NCBI GenBank assembly: GCA_036172245.1
Contig: JAYWIR010000039.1
Location: 1,054,001-1,118,000 of the forward strand
Direction: 5' to 3'
Source of the DNA: Raillietiella orientalis
Lineage: Eukaryota
DNA: 64,000 nt
Shown here: in pieces, positions 58,961 through 64,000 of the stretch
How the letters are laid out: every line of letters begins with the position of its first letter
Position numbering within the stretch: the stretch's first letter is position 1
Notes under the pieces: model-generated
Database searches by the model: none
What the model was told of the DNA's origin: nothing
What the model saw: only the letters and a program-made list of their open reading frames with translations
Position numbers and translations under genes: made by a program

Positions 58961-61900
58961 CCGGAGGCGACAAATCGCTCCGCAGGAGGTAACAGTTCCC
59001 TTGGGAAAGCTCTCACGAAAGTTCTCTGCTTCGATGCAAAGCTAAAGTTCCGTTGGTCCATCGTCCCTCCGCCGGAAATTCGCGGTCGCTTGCCCGCTTG
59101 CCCCCGTTGCGGGTCCGGCGAAGCACTCCCTATTGTAGGTGCTTTCTTTTGACTTCCCTTGTTTTTTTGTTTTTCCTTTTTGCTCCCTCCCGGAAGGATC
59201 TGTGTCTCAGGGTGGGTGGAGCCCTGAGGATCTAAGAAATGAAGCAGCGGAAGCGTCGGGAGCTCATGGCAACCCTGCATCTTTTGGCCTGTCACACCGC
59301 TGGTTTCATTTCGGCTGCCGCCACTCTTCTTAGCCCGGTTCCGAGTTCGTCGCGCAGGACCATTTCGGCGACCATCTTTGAACTCGCGAGGACACGTGAC
59401 CCGAAAGTCTTTTGCTTTTAGTCCTTTCGGGGGGAAGCGGCTCGTCGAGAGGCGGAGCGAACGGCGCGACAGCTCGAGCGGAGGAAATCCCAGATGCTCC
59501 TTCACAAGGGAAGAAAAAAAGGGATGAAAGGTTCGATCTGCTGGTGTGCGGAATTCCAGTTCAAGTGCCCCCTGCGTCATCGGGCTAGACCTGCGTAGTT
59601 GGTACCGCCCCTGCTTAATCTCCGCCCTGCAGCAGCGATGACGCGGATGGCATCGGTCTCGGCAGCAGCAACAGAGTGCCCCCAGTCGGGAAGAGCAGGG
59701 AAGAAAGAAGTGAGCGGGAGACGCTGACCTCCACCCGGTGCACCGTGGTTACCGGCGGGGAAGACGAGATGAGAGTGACGAGCGCTCTGGAGACCCGATC
59801 CCCATAGATACCTTGCGGAAGAACTCACAGAAGGTGCGTGGTTCCCGAAGGCTGCAGAGCCTGCGTCCGAAGAACAGGTGTCTCGCTTCCGGTAGCCGAA
59901 GGTCAAGTAGGGGATCCTGAGGAGAGGCCCCGCGGACTCCAGAGAGCCACTGAGTCCAGGCGGGGAGGTTCAAGGTCTGCTCCCCTTGAGCGGAACATCT
60001 TGAACTTGGGAGCTCCCTGCTGCAGACCCGTTAGGTGGGGGCTGAGCCCCACGAGTGTGCCGAGATGAGCGGGGGTCCAGGAATGGCCCGAGGCACCTGC
60101 TAGGCAACGAGACGCTTCCAGCGCCAGTGCGCGCTAGCGGTCGCGGCGGGGAGGGCGCAGCGAGGTAGCTCGACTTCGGCCACGGAGTGACTTGCTCAGA
60201 GCGCTGTGAGACTTGGAAAGAGGGTCGGAATGTGCCCCTGTGAAGACCTCCTTGAAGGCCAGCCAGCCTCATCACTTCCACCCTCTCTCGGAAGAAGGTA
60301 AAAGATGGACTCCCCGACCCGGATCAGGAGGAGAGACAGCCCTCTGGTGAGGTGCCACATCGCTGGCGTTTGCAATGTCGCGCTGGAAGGAAGAGGAGTC
60401 CGCTCTGGCTGGCTCGGAGGAATTCCCCGAGCTCGTGGGCCTCAAGGTCACTGGGCACCTTCAAGGTCGTCAGAGATCGAGACTTCGGGGCAGCGAAGTG
60501 CGAGCGGGCGTCCTTACGAATCGGTCCAGAGGAGGGCGCCAGTCCTGATGACGATGGGCCGGGTGCTCAAAAACGAAGAGAAAAGGGCGAGGCAGGGTCG
60601 GGCGGGCTGGCTCTGGGCACGGGAGAAATCCTGATCCCGGAGGAGACCCGCCGGGCAAGAAGCGAAAAAGAAAAAACGGGCGGAAAAAACGGAAAAATCT
60701 CCGAACAAGAAAAAACTCGGTTAACCGGGTGAGGCGGCAGAGCAACAGTGTCGGCAGATCGGAAGAATTCATCTCTGTTAGGAACGTCCGGCCCGGATGC
60801 TCTGCTGAGAGCGTCGCTCGCGGAGGAACCACGTGATCTGCAGGGCGCACCCTGGTGCTCGAGTCACGAAAAATTCCCGAAAATTATCTTCCTTGGGGAC
60901 TCGCCCAAAGGGCGCCCTTCAGGAGTTCCTGGAGGAGGATCGTTCCTGCCCGGCCAGGTCGCGCACGGGGCCGCTTCGAGCGCGTGAGGGGTGATCGCTC
61001 GAAAGAAAACCCGCACCAGCACACATGGCGCTGCCATCCCCGCGGACGTGCAGAGCACTCGGAGGTGTGTGCCGCGGGACTCCGTGGGGAGGGTGGCCGG
61101 GGGGTGGGCGTTCCTTCTGCCACCGCGCTTCCGCCCCGAGAGGAACACCTGCCTTCGTAGCTCGAAGCACATGCAGCCAGCGCGGACCGCCAGATCGGGA
61201 TGAGAAAGCGAAGACAGACCGCTCGTTCGCTTGGCCGGCAGCGTGCATTCTACCTCGGTGTTACGGAGGACCTCCGAGACTGCCTTCTCTACTTTATCTT
61301 CCGGTGTTAGAGCTAGAAGCAAGCTGCCATCGGACAGAGCCTCTGGAATCTTCCGCGGGCGTGAAGCCTCTCGAACGGCATGCGAGTTGCAGAGCATTGG
61401 ACCGTTGGTTTAGGGTTTCAAGTGAAGCGCACAGATTCCCGCAGGATCCGGCAGAAGTGGGAGTCTGCAGACGGATGGTGCCCCAGTGACGGCATCGGAT
61501 GAACTCTCTGACCGAAATGAAATGATCTGCGTAGCTGCACTAGCACTCGATCCTAGGAGGCAGCATCAGAATTTCTTCCTCACAAAGATCGGACACAGCA
61601 CCCTCGTGAGAACACAGGCTCTTTCTGGGATACGGATTTTCGCCGGAAATCAGCGAACGCTTCCGAAAGGACGGATATCTGTGGGACGCTCTTCCTTAAG
61701 GACGGAATCATCTTCGCCCATCTGTGTAGGGACTGCGAACCCGGCACGGCTTCCGAGCTGCTGACTTGTTCCTCTTCGATTTCGCCTCAGTGCCGCGAAG
61801 TATCGGCCCAAGCCCAGTTTTCTTTGCCATCGAATTCCTCCCCAGCTGAGAATGCAACAGAGTTCCCGGAAGCAGGAGGATGCCTCCTCCCTGCCGTCAA

Positions 61901-64000
61901 CGATTTGGATAGCTCTGTGAAAGATCATCTGAACCCGGAGACTAGAAAACACGAAGAGCAGCCGGAAGCGCAGGCGATTCGAGTGCTTGGGTGGCCCACG
62001 CTGTTTACTCTCGCAATCGGCGGATGATCGGTAGTCATGCTTGCAGCTCATTTGACTGTTTTTTTTGCACTTGAATCATCCCTTTGGAAATGGCTCACCT
62101 CTCATCGCGCGCATGTCGATCGTAACTTAAAACCCTTCAATGGTTGCCTCGAACCTTTTGCTTCACTAACTGGTTCTTTCGAGAGGTACCGTCACCTTGG
62201 AAGCACCTAGATCTTCCCTAATGATTTTTTCTGCGAGTTGACTATGCAAAGGACTTCTTTCGAAACGCAAGAGGTACACAACGGGCAGCCTCAAACCGGC
62301 CCGCCTAAAGACCGGCTTCGCGTCGTGACGTCATCTCACGCGATCAGCGTGGCGCGCGACAGCCAAAAACGATCCAAAAACACGAGGTGAGCGATTGAGA
62401 GCCGACCGGCCTCGAGTCTGGCTTCCTGAGAAGCTTCTAGCGTGCATCACCGTGGAAACTTGCGAGCCTCGTCTTCTGTAGAAACCACCAACTTCCGCGA
62501 ACTGTGCAAACGCAGAAAAATGAAAGCTGCGTGGCGATGACTGATTCTGCGCTTTTCCTCCTAAACTTCATTCTTGTCCACCTCTCTTTATGGAATTCGC
62601 TGAGAACTGGGTCAGCCATGAGTGAAGACAGACGAAAACAAAATCTCACGAAAGTACGGTAAACTTCTCCGTATCTAATGTCTCCACGGAGCCAATCCCA
62701 AGGGGCCAGGAGGATTGACCAGCCTCTCTGAATCAAGGGTCTATTTGCCAGAGGTAAGAGACATTGCATTGCTTTAAACTTCACCTCCCAAACACTTGCC
62801 TAAGAATGAGAAGATGGCTTCGTCCTAATTAAAGTCCTCTATCCTTCTTTTTTTGGGGGGAGGGAAGCAACATGGATGTCTCTGACTTCTCTCGAGATGC
62901 TCGACTCTGACAATGACGTGTTCGTACACCAGGGTGGTTCTGCACACGAAATTGAGGTTTCTGGTCGCTTCAATTTGAGCCACTCAAATTGCATTCTATT
63001 AGCCGCTCACAGCTTTGGCTTTTGCTTAGATCACTCTAGTGCTGCAGCGTGAATTTCTTGTTCTGCAGCACTACCGAGAGACGAGACGGACACGTACAGG
63101 ATCCGGGAACGGAACTGGGTGTGGTGGCAGCTGTGTGCGGGTCGCCTAGCAGCTGTTTCGTGGTTTCCTTTTCACTTGAGCTCTCGGGATACGAGCGCAA
63201 GATGCCCGGACCGCACGGTCCTTCCGGGTTTTCTTCTGCTGCCGAACTCCGAGAAAAGGAGGAAACCCTCAAGATTTGCCCGACGGCTAAAAAGGCAGCA
63301 AAAGCACCGCCACAGGGGAGCCTCCCTTCCTTTCCGTGCCTTCGTCTTCCCATTCCCAGGCGCTCCTTTGGGTCGGGTCCTCGATGCTCGGAGTGGTCTC
63401 CTCCAGAAGTGGGAACAGGCGAGCGTCCAAACCAATCTTCAAGATCGTGTGCCTCTACGGATTAGGAATCTCGGGGCAGGGGACGAGCGGAGTGACCCAC
63501 CCTTCCTTGGTCGTCGATTGGCGAGGACGAACCGTTCGCCTGCAGCGTTTTCCGGGGCAAGCGCATCCCCCTGCAAGCGTTCCTCGATCCCTTACTCGAT
63601 GCCCTTCCAACCGGCTTGTGCGCCCCGCTCAGGGACCTGACCTTTCCGGGGACGGCCTGGGTGGAGCGGGAAGGCGATCCCTTCGGTCCGCAGATTCCGA
63701 GTCCGTGGAGCGAAGGGAGAGGATGGAGCAGAAGCCGTCCAGCGGACCTGGATCACGCTGCTTCCATTCGTTGCTGCTCGTTCCGCCGCGCTGCTGCCGC
63801 GCGTTCGGTGCCCCCGAGCAAGCCTGGAGAAAGAGACGCGCTGTACCGCGACCCGCACGGCCTCCCTTCCCGAAGAGCGAATCCCCGGGAGCCCGGAAGA
63901 CATGCGCCTTCTCGCCGGAAAGCAGCCTGGGATCGAACGCAAGCGAATTCGTGCGTGGTGCACGCCGTGTTGCTCCGAAGGGCGGCACGGAGATGCACTG

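Noticed and set aside
62437..62784. 115-aa minus-strand ORF as a gene
   Set aside because: No recognisable domain and no convincing splice or signal context.

Overview
Eukaryotic DNA, most likely from an arthropod, given the Spaetzle/neurotrophin gene and the short (~50-60 nt) GT-AG introns. I find four intron-containing genes, all on the minus strand and all encoding predicted secreted proteins. They are a Tyr/Gly-rich structural protein (~15.6-16.9 kb), a Pro/His-rich secreted protein with a furin-type site (~35.7-40.9 kb), a Tyr/Pro-rich repetitive protein (~47.2-49.2 kb) and a six-exon Spaetzle-family cystine-knot protein most like Neurotrophin-1/spz2 (54.5-58.5 kb). Most remaining sequence is heavily decayed non-LTR retrotransposon: L1/Tx1-like endonuclease, linker, RT, thumb and CCHC fragments, plus some CR1/jockey-type RT scraps. 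Most ORFs in the supplied track are therefore spurious. The most unusual signal is a four-copy family, ~0.75 kb long, with a tRNA-derived (Pol III A/B-box) head. The head is followed by a conserved stem-loop whose outer pairing is retained across different sequences, then a series of cUUCGg-tetraloop hairpins, then an A-rich tract that is internal rather than terminal. Two copies are interrupted by LINE fragments flanked by short direct repeats. All gene models and alignments were made by eye and need computational or RNA-seq confirmation.
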